Of a DNA stretch of 64,000 nucleotides, positions 49,935 to 62,080 are shown piece after piece. Origin of the DNA: Orbicella franksi (Eukaryota); the NCBI GenBank assembly GCA_964199315.1, contig OZ116707.1, forward strand, positions 1,674,001-1,738,000, given 5' to 3'. Each line of letters begins with the position of its first letter. The stretch's first letter is position 1. Position numbers and translations under genes: made by a program. The notes below the pieces were generated by a model, which worked only from the letters and a program-made list of their open reading frames with translations, did no database searches and had not been told where the DNA came from.

Positions 49935-50580
49935 GTTACCAAACAGATTTTTTCAATGCTGGGGTGGAGCTGTTAGCGTACTCTGCGATACATCCAACTA
50001 CAAACTCTTTTCTCTTCTGGACTCTCTCTCTTTACAAACTAAAACTCGCGATCATATAGCTATGCATTAGCAAGCTGTACAGTGATTGGCTAATACGGTG
50101 TTTTCGAAATAAGACAAAGAATAAAGAAACAATGCCTGCACTAAACGGCGCTTTGGGCTTGGCCAAAAGATATTGAGAATTATCTCGATCACGTATGGTC
50201 ATGGGAATCGCGGTTTCCGCAGTCCCTAAATCATACGTGCACGTACTAACTCTGAGAAAGCTGACATTGCTAAATTACTAACCCTAATCAACCAATATTC
50301 TTATGAATTACTAAAACTGATCAACACATATTCTCAGCAATGTTTCTAGATGCACAACCTTGGCAAGTTAACCCCATGGGTCAGATGCTGCCCCAGGCTC
50401 CTTTGATCATTTTGGTCACCTGTTTTCCAGTGTTCAAAGGTTAATCGATCTCCTGAACCGCGTTGTGGGTTACCAAAAAGGAAATAGTTATTCTTGCCAA
50501 AACATAGTGTAAAACACGCAATGAAACTCTTTTGATAACAACATATTTCTCATGGGAACTTTTGCCTGAAACACGTGCGA
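49935..50580. repeat. Dispersed repeat of about 640 bp, copy 2
   Basis: Direct repeat of 38350-38995. Confidence 0.9.
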
Positions 50581-50769
50581 AGAAATTGGCAGAAATTGAA
50601 GTTGAAATTGCAACAAAACTCATCTGCCAAAGCAGAATCAAGCCAATAGAATGGCAGTGAGGAAGACTAGAAGGGAATTGATTAACCATATGTGCTAGTC
50701 AACCCATTATGAAAATAAAATGTACGAATATATAAAAGCTTAATCATTTAACAAGCAATTTTTTAACTA

Positions 50770-52440
50770 TCTACCAACTACACAACCAACTAGCTAAATA
50801 ACAATCTAACTAACTAACTAGCTAAGTAACATCCTTACTAACTAACTGCTGATATTAGCCCAGGTGGTATAGGGGTGCTCAGGGTCAAAAACCTTATCTT
50901 TATAAAAAATAGTACATAATCTCATAAAAGAAACACTAGAGTTGGCAGTCTTCAATTCATCGGGTAAATTGTTCCATGAATATGGAATCCTGTTAAAAAA
51001 AAGTTCCCTGAAAAAGTTCCGTCCTTACTCTATTAATTTTCAGTTTATTACTAGAGTGTGATCTTAGTCTCACATCAGAACAAAATTAAAAATATGAATT
51101 AAATGAAGAGTTAAAATGGCTGTTCTTCACTTTATAAAAGGTTGAGAGGTCCTTGACCTTTCTGCGGTAAACCAGTGGCAGCAGGTTGAGATGTTTTAGG
51201 TGCTCATTATAGCTAAAATCAGGTAACATAAGCCGAATCGCATGTCGTTGTACCCCTTCTATATTTTTTGTCATAGTAACTGATTTTGGGCTCCAGGTTT
51301 CAGAGGTGTACTTGAGATGAGAACGTATGAGAGACACATAAATGGACCTATGAGTTGGTAATAAAATTTTTTCTCCTGCTGATAGTGTGACGGATGAAAC
51401 CTAGCATTTTGTTAGCCTTATTCACCTGGATGTGGATGTGATCACTGAAGCTGGCTGTACCTGACAAGAACCCCAAGATCACGCTGGGCTCCCACCCTGT
51501 TAAGAATCGTCCCTCCCATTTTGTAGTTACAAATTACGGGGTTGCACTTCCTTGTTACTGTGCAGAGAGAACATTTGTCAATATTGGAGGCCATCTTCCA
51601 GTTTTCACTCCAGTCAACCTTGTCAATGTTGTCTTGTAGCAAGGCACAGTCAGTGTGAGATCTTATAGCACAGAAGCACTTAGCATCATCAGCAAATAAA
51701 GCCAATGTACTTGAGCGGGATAACACACTTGGTATATCATTAATATATGACACAAATAAAGCAGGTCCAAGGAGAGAACACTGTGGGACTCCTGAGGTAA
51801 CAGTTAACCAATCCGAACTCTCGCCATCTATTACCACACGCTGCAGCCTATTGCCAAGATAACTTATGAACCAATGTAACAAAGGTCCCTTAATTCCAGA
51901 GTGGTCCAGTTTTCTGATCAGGTTTGCATGAGATACTGAATACTTTTGAAAAACCCAAGAAAGCGACATCAGTTTGTTCACCATGGTCGATTGTTCTGAC
52001 CATAAGATGTACCGTATCCAGGAGCTGAGTGACCGTAGAGCATCCTTTGATGAAACCATGCTGCATGGGATAGATTTTGTCAGCAATAAAGTCAGAGAAA
52101 CGATCAAAAACAACACGCTCAGCAATCTTGGATGTAAGGCTTAGCAGTGAAATTGCTCTATAGCTACATACGTCTTCGTTGTCACCTCTTTTAAAGACAG
52201 GAACGATATTTTCACGTTTCCAATCCTGTGGGACACAGCCAACACTTAAAGAATATTAATTAAGCGTGTCAGAGAAGGTGCAATTTGAGATGAACAGTCC
52301 CATAATACTCTGCCCGGTATTCGATCAGGGCCACACGCCTTTGATGGATCAATGTTTTTCAGTGCTTTTAACACTTCCTCGACGGTTGCTTGAATAGAAT
52401 ACAAATTATCATCCTGTGCAGTAGAAGTAGTTGTCATTTG
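50770..52440 (-). mobile_element. CR1/L2-type LINE, 5'-truncated, degraded RT
   Basis: SKACGPDRIP, WKRENIVPVFK, YRAISLLS, SGVPQ(C)SLLGP.LF..YINDI, FADDAK, RDLGV, SLIRSHL.Y..WSP. Ends in a (TAGT)n-like tail near 50770-50850. Confidence 0.9.
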
Positions 52441-52800
52441 TAGAATGAAAACGTTTGGCAAACAAAGAAACATGAAACACCGCCTCCCTCCCCCCCACCT
52501 CCCCCAATAATGGTGTTCACTAAGGGAAAGATAGTATCGGTTACAATTGTAAACTGACCTCAAAGGCAATAAATGTACTCAATTAGTTCAGTGACTATCA
52601 CAGCAAAACCTTTCAAAGAAAAAGAATAAAATAGCCATAAGGATGGTCAGCAAAAGAGACAAAGTTCCCATACTAGGCAGACCACCTGATAGCATGATAG
52701 CACCTGTCAGTGCTGTCATGCCTTTTAGTAGGTTTTGGATAAGCCATGGACATGATAAATGAAATTTAATGTTTCCATTCAACGGCAGACAAAATGTACA

Positions 52801-52986
52801 TATGCCCCCTTTTAGTTAATTTCAGTGTTTGGCTGCAGAAGCCATAGCTTCGCTGCTTCTGTGAATTGTTTAACTGATCTTGTGCACATGCATTATGCCC
52901 CCTTTTAGTTAATTTCAGTGTTTGGCTGCAAAAGCCATAGCTTTGCTGCTTCTGCAAGTTGTTTAACTGATCTTGTGCGTATGCAT
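52801..52986. repeat. Tandem duplication, 2 x 93 bp
   Basis: TATGCCCCCTTTTAGTTAATTTCAGTGTTTGGCTGCA...CTGATCTTGTGC at 52801 and 52894. Confidence 0.9.
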
Positions 52987-55135
52987 CACAATCTCCGCTA
53001 GCTTGCTCGTATCTGTACTCGATTTTATAAAGATTTTTTTGGCTAATAATACTGCTACTGTAAATACTCGCTTCTGACTGGATGGTAGCAGATCAATTTA
53101 TCCCTCATTTATTTGATAGTCGAACAATCTTGATTTAATTATATCGCTCGCATTTGGGCAATGGAACTTGCAACCTGCTCATTTGTGAGAGAAAAAAAAA
53201 TGTTTTTACAAAAAAGTTGGGCCAAGTGTTGAGCAAACAATGAACAAAACAAAAATATATTTACAGTGTGACTACTCGAACCAGAGCACTTGAAAAAGCG
53301 AAGAGTTAATACTTAAGAATTAAGGATAGCGCTTTTTTATCCTCAAATAAACCAATAACATTGAAAAACATGAACACAGTTCTTAACAAATTTGAAAATA
53401 CAACAAAGTGCAAAGTATTTCTAACCCATCAGGAACTTTGCAATTTATTGATTGGTTAGTTTCCATCCGTAAATTTTGTACGCTTTGTAACAGTTTTGGT
53501 TCATTTGTCTCAAAGTGAGTATTCAAGCTAAATTTTTCCAGCGAAAATAATAATAATTATTATTGTAATTCGCTGTCAAAGACTGAATCTCTAAGAGCGT
53601 TGAGAATGGAGAGGAGTCGATAGTGTTTATGTCCTTACGTCAAACAGACCGTTACATTCCGTCAGGAGAAGCTACCATCTCACTGTTCTCAGTTTACGTT
53701 TAGAGTTTTCTAGCTGGCCGGTTACACGCACTGTAATCACAACGTGGCTTCACTTTAGCAAGCCTTTGTAATGAAAAGATGCCAGTTTATTTACTTTTTC
53801 AGGTAGAAGCTTGTATTTACAGTTACGTATTCTTAAACGGAAATCAAACTTTTTTTCTCAAAACACTTAGGGTTTAGTTGTACTTCTGAACAGATCTGAA
53901 GTTTTCTTATTTCCACTCCTGGGTGCAAGGAATGTCTGAAACCGATCTGTTCTGACGTGTGCACAAGCAGAGATATTTCCAAAGATGTTAACCTTACAGA
54001 TGGATTTTGTCAAGTCACTCAAAACACCTAAAGTCAGTGCGCAAGATTCATATTACAAACTGAAACTTAAAACACATCAGATGGGTATTTACTGTGCAAA
54101 CAACAAAACTATTCATTGTGCTAGTGACACCATCTATTGAGGATAAAATAACATTAGCGTCAGTAACACACAGTGTTGAAAAAGTAAGAACATTTTGGTA
54201 CTGATATAAGTCATGTAGTACACTGAAAGAAAATTCACCCCTAGTCATCATAAAAGAAGCAAGGAGAGACACTTTGAAATATAAATATGTGATTAATTTA
54301 TTTCCCTGATTGTGATTTTGAGGATAATTAAAACATTTATCAATTTTAGTTCCATTGTTGTCACAATCCTTGATAGGATACACGACTGACTTCATTCGGC
54401 TAGACACTAATGAATCAGCCAGAGTAAATCGATGACAGTTACTTAATTACCCTTCTTTGATGACATGTGAAATTATGAAGTATACCATTGGCAGAAAGAC
54501 ACACGTTGTGAACCCTCACAGGATTTCTTTATAACTCCAAATAAAAATAATTCTGCCGACCCAAACTGCTGACTTAACAAAATTGAGTTGAGTAGAGTTG
54601 AGTTGATAACTTTTTCCCAAATAGTGGAAATCAGCTCCGGTACTCCACTGTATGAAAATTCTGGAAAGCGAAATGACCCAACAAATTATTGACCAGTTTC
54701 GGTAATCCCAACCAATAAATAAGCAGTCTGTGACAACTGAGAGACCCTTTGTTTACCATAATAGCTACAGTGATCATTTGTCAAGAGCCACCATGCTAAT
54801 CAATTGGGGACATTTTTGTCAAGGAGAATCGTTAGTTGTTTTTGTTTTGTCTCTCAGAACCATACTGAGTTTCTTGGAACATCAATTTGTCATGTTTAAA
54901 TGGCAACACATTTTTAGTCATTGCGATCATGGTCTATGGAGATCTAGACTCCAGGTTCCTAAACTGTGAAATATTCTTAGCTAAGTTAACCATAAGTTTG
55001 TTCGCAAAAATCTATTCCAAATAAGTAAGGCAATATATTTATATTATTGATCTCTGTTTTCTATGTTTGCTTTACTGAGACATTTGTAACGTGCCAGATG
55101 CAATAGTGTATTGGTGACAATTTTAGGCCAGGTGG

Positions 55136-58100
55136 TGTAACGTAGTCTAAACGAGACTAAACGATGCTAACACAACAGTTTTAATGAAGCTCATAAAAGC
55201 CCGCCATTACTAGCCGTAATACAACAACTACATCCGGGATACATCTCATTCTACTGCACAAGCCCGAAGGGCCTATGACATCATAACATCATTACATCTC
55301 CGTTCTTGAACGAGCAAAACAAAGAAATGAAGGGATGGTAAGGTAGGTAATGGACGAAAGGACAAGTGATTAAACAAAACAAATCTAACACTGTTCACTG
55401 TTCAGAACTGTTCGAAAAGCCTGTACACTGGATTCCTAGGTGGTGAAATCCCTGAGGTAAATGGGTCTCCTAACAATCCTGCCTCTTCTAGTAGAGACAG
55501 GAGTGGGAAAACTTGGCGAAGCTGGCTGTAAATCTGGCTGCGAGACATCTGGTAACTGCAACGCAGAAGGTTCAGGGGGCACCTGGAGTGTCTCCTCTGT
55601 AGGTTTCCTGGTGGGGAGTAGAGTTTGAGCATTGACCTTCAATTCTCCTATGTCTCCGTCTGGCATCGCTCGAAAGTTCTCAGGAACTGTATAGATGTGA
55701 ACGGTTTCGGCAGTAGAGCCTACCATCCTCTGTGCGGACTTGATAGGAATGTGGAGCTTCCTGACTACTCACTTGTGCTTTAAACCACTTTGAATGACCT
55801 GGTAATGGTCAGACCCGCACCACATCGCCATCTTTTAACAGTTGCAACTCTTTAGCACCTCTGTTGAAGGAGAGCGCTTGCTTGTTTTGTCTCTGTTGCA
55901 AGCTCAGGTGTACATCGGGAATGACTTTTGGCTGAAGCAGGTGGCTAGCCATGGGTAGTGCGGTACGGGTTCTATGCGAGAAGAGACGCTGTGCAGGGGT
56001 GCTGTCCATTCCTTCTGATGGTGTATTCCAGAAGTCCAGTAGAGACAAGTGTGGATCATGGCTGACATCAGCTTTTTTCAAGATATTTTTTGCTGTTTTG
56101 ACACTATTCTCAGCCTTCCCATTGGATTGAGGATACCGTGGAGACGTTTTAACATGTTCAAACTGGTACTTGGCTGCAAACTTCTGAAACTCAGCACCGT
56201 CGAACTGTGGGCCGTTGTCTGTGGTGAGTCGGTCTGGGAGACCATATCTTGCCAGATGAGGTTTCAGCTTGTTAATGACCGCTCTGGCTGTCGTAGACGT
56301 CAGTATATCCAACTCGAAGAAATTAGAATAACGGTCAGTTGTAATCAAGTACTGGGTGCCATTGAGCTCAAACAGGTCTGCTGAGATGCTCTGCCATGGT
56401 CTTGTAGGTATTTCGTGACATTTCAGAGGTTCTTTCTGCTGCTCTGGTTTGTAGCTGTTGCAAATGCTGCACCTTGAGATGAATTCTGTGATTTGCTTGT
56501 AGATGCCTGGCCAGTAGAAGGCTTCTTTGGCTCTCCTGAGGCACCCCTGAATGCCCAGGTGACTGGCATGTACTTTATCCATCATGCATTGCCTGAGGCT
56601 AGATGGTACTATAATGTGCTCAGCATTGAACACAACACCATCTTGTATTGACAACTCTTCTCTGAAGGGAAAATAGACCTGCAACTGAGAGGGTATGTCA
56701 GCCCTTCTCTCTGGCCAGCCTTGTGTGATAATAGGAGTTAATGCCTGGAGCTCTGCATCAACTTCAGTGGCACTTTTGATTTCCTGCAAGGTTAGTTTCC
56801 AAATGGGCACAGACTCTGCCATGTCTATATACTCAGCCTCAACTTCTGTTGGTGATCTTGTGTCAGCAACATTCCATACTTCCTGGGTGTCAACTGTGTC
56901 TTTTGTAACCAGGGGAAGGTAAGCTCGGCTTAATGGATCAGCCATGTGCATCTCTGTACCCTTTCTGTAGGAAACCTCTAAATCAAATTTCTGTAGACAC
57001 AACAGCATTCTCTGCAATCACTTTGGTGCACTCAGTAGACTTTTCTTCATAATAGACTCCAGGGCTTTGTGATCAGTGTCAATAAAGGTCTTTCTACCAT
57101 AGACATAGCCCTCAAATCGCTCAACTCCAAAGACAATTGCTAATAGTTCCTTTTCCATCCTGCACCAAGCATGCTCCAAGACCACACATAGAGGCGTCGC
57201 ACTGGAGTACAGTCTTCTTTTGGGGGTCAAAGAACTTGAGCACAGGTGCCAGGGTTAGAACCTGCTTCACTTGATCTAGACACTGGCCATGAACCTCTTT
57301 GTCCCAGACAAACTCATCGTCCTTCTTGACAAGCTCTCAGTGGTTTGGCCAAATCTCCTTGGTTGGGAGCAAACTTCTGCACGTAATTTATCATGCCTAG
57401 TACTCTTTGGACACCTTCCTTGTCCATAGGAGGCGGCATTTCATTGATGGCTTTCAGCTTGTTCGGATCAGCCCGGAGACCCTCCGACGATATGATGTGA
57501 CCCATGTAGCTGACTTGCTTCTGTCTGAACTGTATCTTCTCTGAGTTGAGCTTGATGCCCTTCTGCCGACAATGGTGAACACTTCTCGCAGGTTTCGGTC
57601 ATGATCTTTGAGTGCTTCCTCATCAGTGTCTCCTGCTCCAAACACCAGGATGTCATCTGCTATAGCCTTCTGCCCTGGTAGGCCTTCAAGTGCAATATCA
57701 ATTCTCCTCTGAAACTCCTCTGGAGCTGGGGATACACCAAACGGCAAGCGAAGCCACCGAAAGCATCCCCAGGGTGTTCCAAAAGTAGTAGCAAAGCTAC
57801 TTGGCTCGTCCAGCTGTATGTGCCAGAACCCATTTTTTGCATCCAATACCGTGAACACACAGGCCTTTGATAACAGAGGCAGCACATCATCTATTGTAGG
57901 TAAGGGGTAATGATTTCTTTGTAAAGCTTCATTCAATGGTTTTGGGTCAATACACAGTCTAACTTTGCCATTTTTCTTTGTTGTGACCACAAGTGTTGAA
58001 ATCCAGTTCGTAGGTGTATCGACCTTCCGAATCACTCCAATATTTGACAATCTGTCCAGTTCTTGTTTTAGAGGCTCTCTGAGGGCAATGGGGACTTTCC

Positions 58101-58524
58101 GTGGAGGTAACTGGACTGGCTGGACATTCTTGTCTATCTCCAGGTGGAGTAGCCCTTCTAGTTTGCCTTCTCCAGTGAACACATCGGTGTACTGCGAAAT
58201 GTAGTCTTCCACCTTGGGACTTTTCTCCTCCGCACCGCTTGACTCCACAGAAAGGATATTCTGGCTGTTGACTGTTAGCAGCTGAAGGTGTTCACTGGCC
58301 CTCAAGCCCAAAATGGATTTACAATCACCATGAACAAGATGAAACTCAATGCTGTATTTCTTATTGTTCTTGGGGTTGACGACTTTGAATCGCTTCTTGC
58401 CCAAGGGTTTGACTTCTGACTGGTTGTACATTACCGGGGTCATGGGGGTTTCTTCCAATTCACTCAAGCCATTTTGGCCACAGAGCTTTAACACTGTCTC
58501 ATCAGTCATGATGTTTACTGGCAA
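55136..58524 (-). mobile_element. Second Gypsy LTR retrotransposon (K02A2.6/Mag-like): pol + 3' LTR, 5'-truncated
   Basis: LCIDPKPLN, LDAKNGFWH, LPFG..APEEFQ, ADDILV, EKELLAI, HLGI..C..A.YWPG, TDNGPQF, SNGKAE, TRRGR.VRRP. PPT-like AAGAACGGAGA, then LTR 55136-55296 TGTAATG...CGTTACA. Confidence 0.93.
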
Positions 58525-58599
58525 GTGAAAATCAAGTGATCATAATAAGTGAACATTCACCGATCTACATTCGCAGTAATGTTTTTGTATCCCAGTGAT

Positions 58600-61500
58600 T
58601 TATTCCTCTTAACATGTACTGAACACTCTTCCATTTTAATTTAGTTGGATCACCTCAATGGAAGGATGACTGGGAGGATTTTCAATGAAATTCTGGATGG
58701 CATGTGCAGTTCCTGGTCCATCCACTTTGAATCTAGGAGCTCGGCTGGGCCTTTTAATCTTGATTCCTTGAAATTCTCACTGCCCCCTCTGAACTTGCCA
58801 GTCTACACTCCAATCCAGTTTATGAAGAATTACTTTCTTGAATTGCTGTTGAGTATAATTAGTTAATGAGCAACGTTGCCTTAAAAGCAGGTTTCAATTA
58901 AATGCATTCGATAACAGCTGGTGTTTATCAACAATGTCACTTTCTTGAACATTGGTACAGGCAGATTGTCCAACTCCAATAGTAATATGTGCATACTAGT
59001 ATGGCCTTCCCGCGCAATTGTCAATAAAGAATAGTTTGGTGTATATAGCCCGAGTCCTCCCTCTTTAATAGTGAAAAAGCAAACCTTAAGTTCAATGTGC
59101 CATTATTTTCATGGCCTGGGTCACGCTTAAATTAGATTTAACTGCACTTGTGTTCATCATTAATTAATTCCCTTAATTTGTTGCCCAAGTTGCCCTTCAT
59201 TCTTTGAAAACATGTACAATGAAAAACAAAAATTACAGAACATTGCAGATATTGCCAGACAATAAGCACGGACTGTGTCATTTGTACCGGACTTCGAAGC
59301 TACGTTATCTAACCCCTCTGACTTTAGGTCACGAAACTTTCACGTGGTAAAGACAAAAGTGGGCTTTTCACAAATAAAATTTTAACAAATTCTCCAAAAT
59401 TTCGAAAATTAAGAGTGAAAAATTTCTTAATATAACCTAATGTTATGAAAAACTAATCCAGTTTTCTCTGAAATGCAGCCGCGACCAATGTAACTTTGAA
59501 TACTTTGTTCCTGTGTTTTTTCAAATCACAGAAAAAAATTCAATATTCACTACTTTAGAACATATACGGAAACTAAACACAAACTTACTCACTGAAAGGA
59601 TTTTTCCTTCGTCAGAATTTTCGCCTGGTTATCTCCTGTCCACAATTCCACAGCATGCTTGTAGTCATTAAAAACGTTCCTACTACTAACAAAATTGTTT
59701 CTTGCTTGTTCCACACATTGGTTTATGAATTTGTGCAGCAAAGGACTCTTTGTTGCTTGCTTGTGACCAAGCATAATGCACCTAACATTTACAAACTGGC
59801 ATTTTTTCGTAGGCCGAGTGAAATGGTGATGGAATCCCCGATCCTAAAAGAACTTGAAACTTATGATTTCAGTGACCGTGCAAAGACATACAGCATGAAA
59901 ATGTTGAGCTTCACTGGTTAAATGTGTGCCTATCTGATATTCTATCAGACCGCTTAGATAGTTCCCACACTATATTTAAAAATACCTGGAACTTTCCTTC
60001 AAGATAAAGCTGTTACCAGGTCCACCTTTTTTTCAGTTTTGCAACCAGGTTGAACATATAGGTAGTGATTTTGTGTTGAGTGCACTTTTTAGAACCACAT
60101 CCAGAAATATACATTTGACTATTGCCCTACTAGCAGTTTTCGGAAATTAAGTTGAGTGAAAATAGAGAGATGCTACTTTGATGAGAATTTGCATGAGCAT
60201 AGGGTGGGTAGAGTTGGGGGGATTTTTTGGAAGGAAAATCCATTAGCTTCTGTTGCTATCACTATGATATAGACATAAATGGACAGGCATCACCGGTGCT
60301 TACAATCTGACAAACTGTAAACAGAAAATAAAGGAATAGAAAATTATTGTTGGCTGTGCTAGCAGACCGTAAAATGTTGTGCCACACCCAGGTAAATCTT
60401 TGTTATCTTGGACATATGTTCTATGACGGGAAACCACAGGAAAACTTCGTCTTGAGCATTAGTGTATAAATCCACAACTACTAGTGATTTATAGTGTTAT
60501 TCTCAAATAGGATTTAGGCTGTAACTCAATTATAGGCTACATTAACTTTCAAACAAAGTAAAACCTTTAACGGAAAACTGGGAAATAACGTTGCGGAGCA
60601 TAATTTGCAGATTCTCTAGCTTGGGTGGAGGTAGGGTGCTAAAAGTTAGCAAAAAAGTCTAGCTATGGCCTTTATATCATGTTGAAAGGAACTACATTTT
60701 CATGGTAATGGCTTCAATGTTTACAGCGGTTTTCAATTGAGTGTCAAAAAGCAATCAAGCAATTGCTTTGGTTTTGGTTTTACGACGGTTTGAGATTGGC
60801 TGTGTCAGTCTGATTGGTAAGTGATTGGTTTGGTTTTGTTGTTACAACACTCAATTGAAAACCCCTGTATCAGCAATTAAGGGAAGTTTCCAAATCACTC
60901 ATGATCGGGTCTAATCGGTAATCGCGCTACAGGTTTACACTTCATGTCAACAACTGATCATAACCAAACAAGAGTTATGTAAAGGTCGGGTTGGTATATT
61001 CACTGGACATGCATTTTCAGTCGTCTTCTCCAGTAACCTTACATGATAAAACTGAGCGTAAACCACACAAGTATATTGAACTGAGTTTATTACAATTCAG
61101 CAATAAATGTAACAGAGTAATTATGAGGTAACTCAGTCAACTCAGGACAGAAAATCAATCTTTCCTTGAAAGGACAAGCATGTTATATTTCAAGGAGGAA
61201 AATCTGACTTCACTTTCTTTAAGATGAAGTTCAAGTTCTGCCTTTAATCGCTCCATTTCTCCGGCCCGCCTTAAATTCCCTCCCTTAATCTCGAAACTGA
61301 TCTGGGTGATAACATTTTGAGTTCTGTCACAGTATTGACAACTTTGAATCCTAGCTTTACGAAAGCTTAAAGTGTGTCGTAAGTTTTACTGAAATATGTT
61401 CCTAAAAGTTGAAAAGCTTATTACAGGGCCTTTGTTCCTTATCTTTGAGCAGTTGGCTTTAAAATGAGGATTATTTTACAAAAATCTTGTCACATCCTCT

Positions 61501-62080
61501 TCATAGATACATTACAATCAAAGTACTTTTTGCTGGTTTTCACTCGTCTGTAGTGTGATTCACTGGCCTTTTAAGAACAAATATAGTCAATTACCATATT
61601 TCGCACCTCTGGTAAAAGTTTGGTCGTTCTGTGCTCATGCCTTCCTCTCATATCAGGCTGAATGGGGACACCATCAACGTCCATTTTCTTGAGAATAACT
61701 GATTTTGTCCTTGGAAATTCCATAACATTTTTGAAAAGCGCCTCGACAAACTTTTCTGAAACATGGTATCTTGTAGGTAATCCTCCTCACACCACTGGGG
61801 CAAACTTAAACTCTATTTGCCTTGCAGGTATGTAGTTTTGCTTGTTGTAGTCTTTTTGAAATAATCTTTTTGTCAGCTGCTGTATCATGAAAGGGGTTTC
61901 AGGTGGCTGACCGTGTTTCATCAGGCAGTCTTGCTCGCACAAACAAAGCAAACACATTTTTGCAATGTCTCCTTGAGCTCTGTTTTTTCTTTCCGTAAAA
62001 GTTTTCTTCTGTTTGGAAATGTGAGTCTTCTTGTGTTTAGGATTAGTCTTTTTACACCCTCTTTCTACTGAGCTTGCCAT
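58600..62080 (-). pseudogene. Second Sola-type transposase relic, heavily degraded
   Basis: N-term C.C..C..DYNKQNY (ORF 61787-62080), PDMRGRH (about 61640), SESHYRR..KKY (about 61550), FRNIF..SFRK..CQYCD (about 61330), FIDNCAG (about 59015). Confidence 0.6.
60724..60867. mobile_element. TA-flanked MITE
   Basis: TA|CAGCGGTTTTCAATTGAGTGT ... ACACTCAATTGAAAACCCCTG|TA. Confidence 0.85.

Noticed and set aside
38350-50580. The 640-bp direct repeats as the LTRs of the Gypsy element
   Set aside because: No TG...CA termini, about 350 bp from the PBS, no PPT adjacent to the other copy, and no TSD seen.
54048-54407. 119-aa hydrophobic ORF as a host gene
   Set aside because: It has AT-rich low-information composition, no motif and no convincing splice context.
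58530-58860. piggyBac C-terminal cysteine-rich domain
   Set aside because: The resemblance is weak, and the adjacent DNCAG and upstream motifs fit a Sola transposase better.
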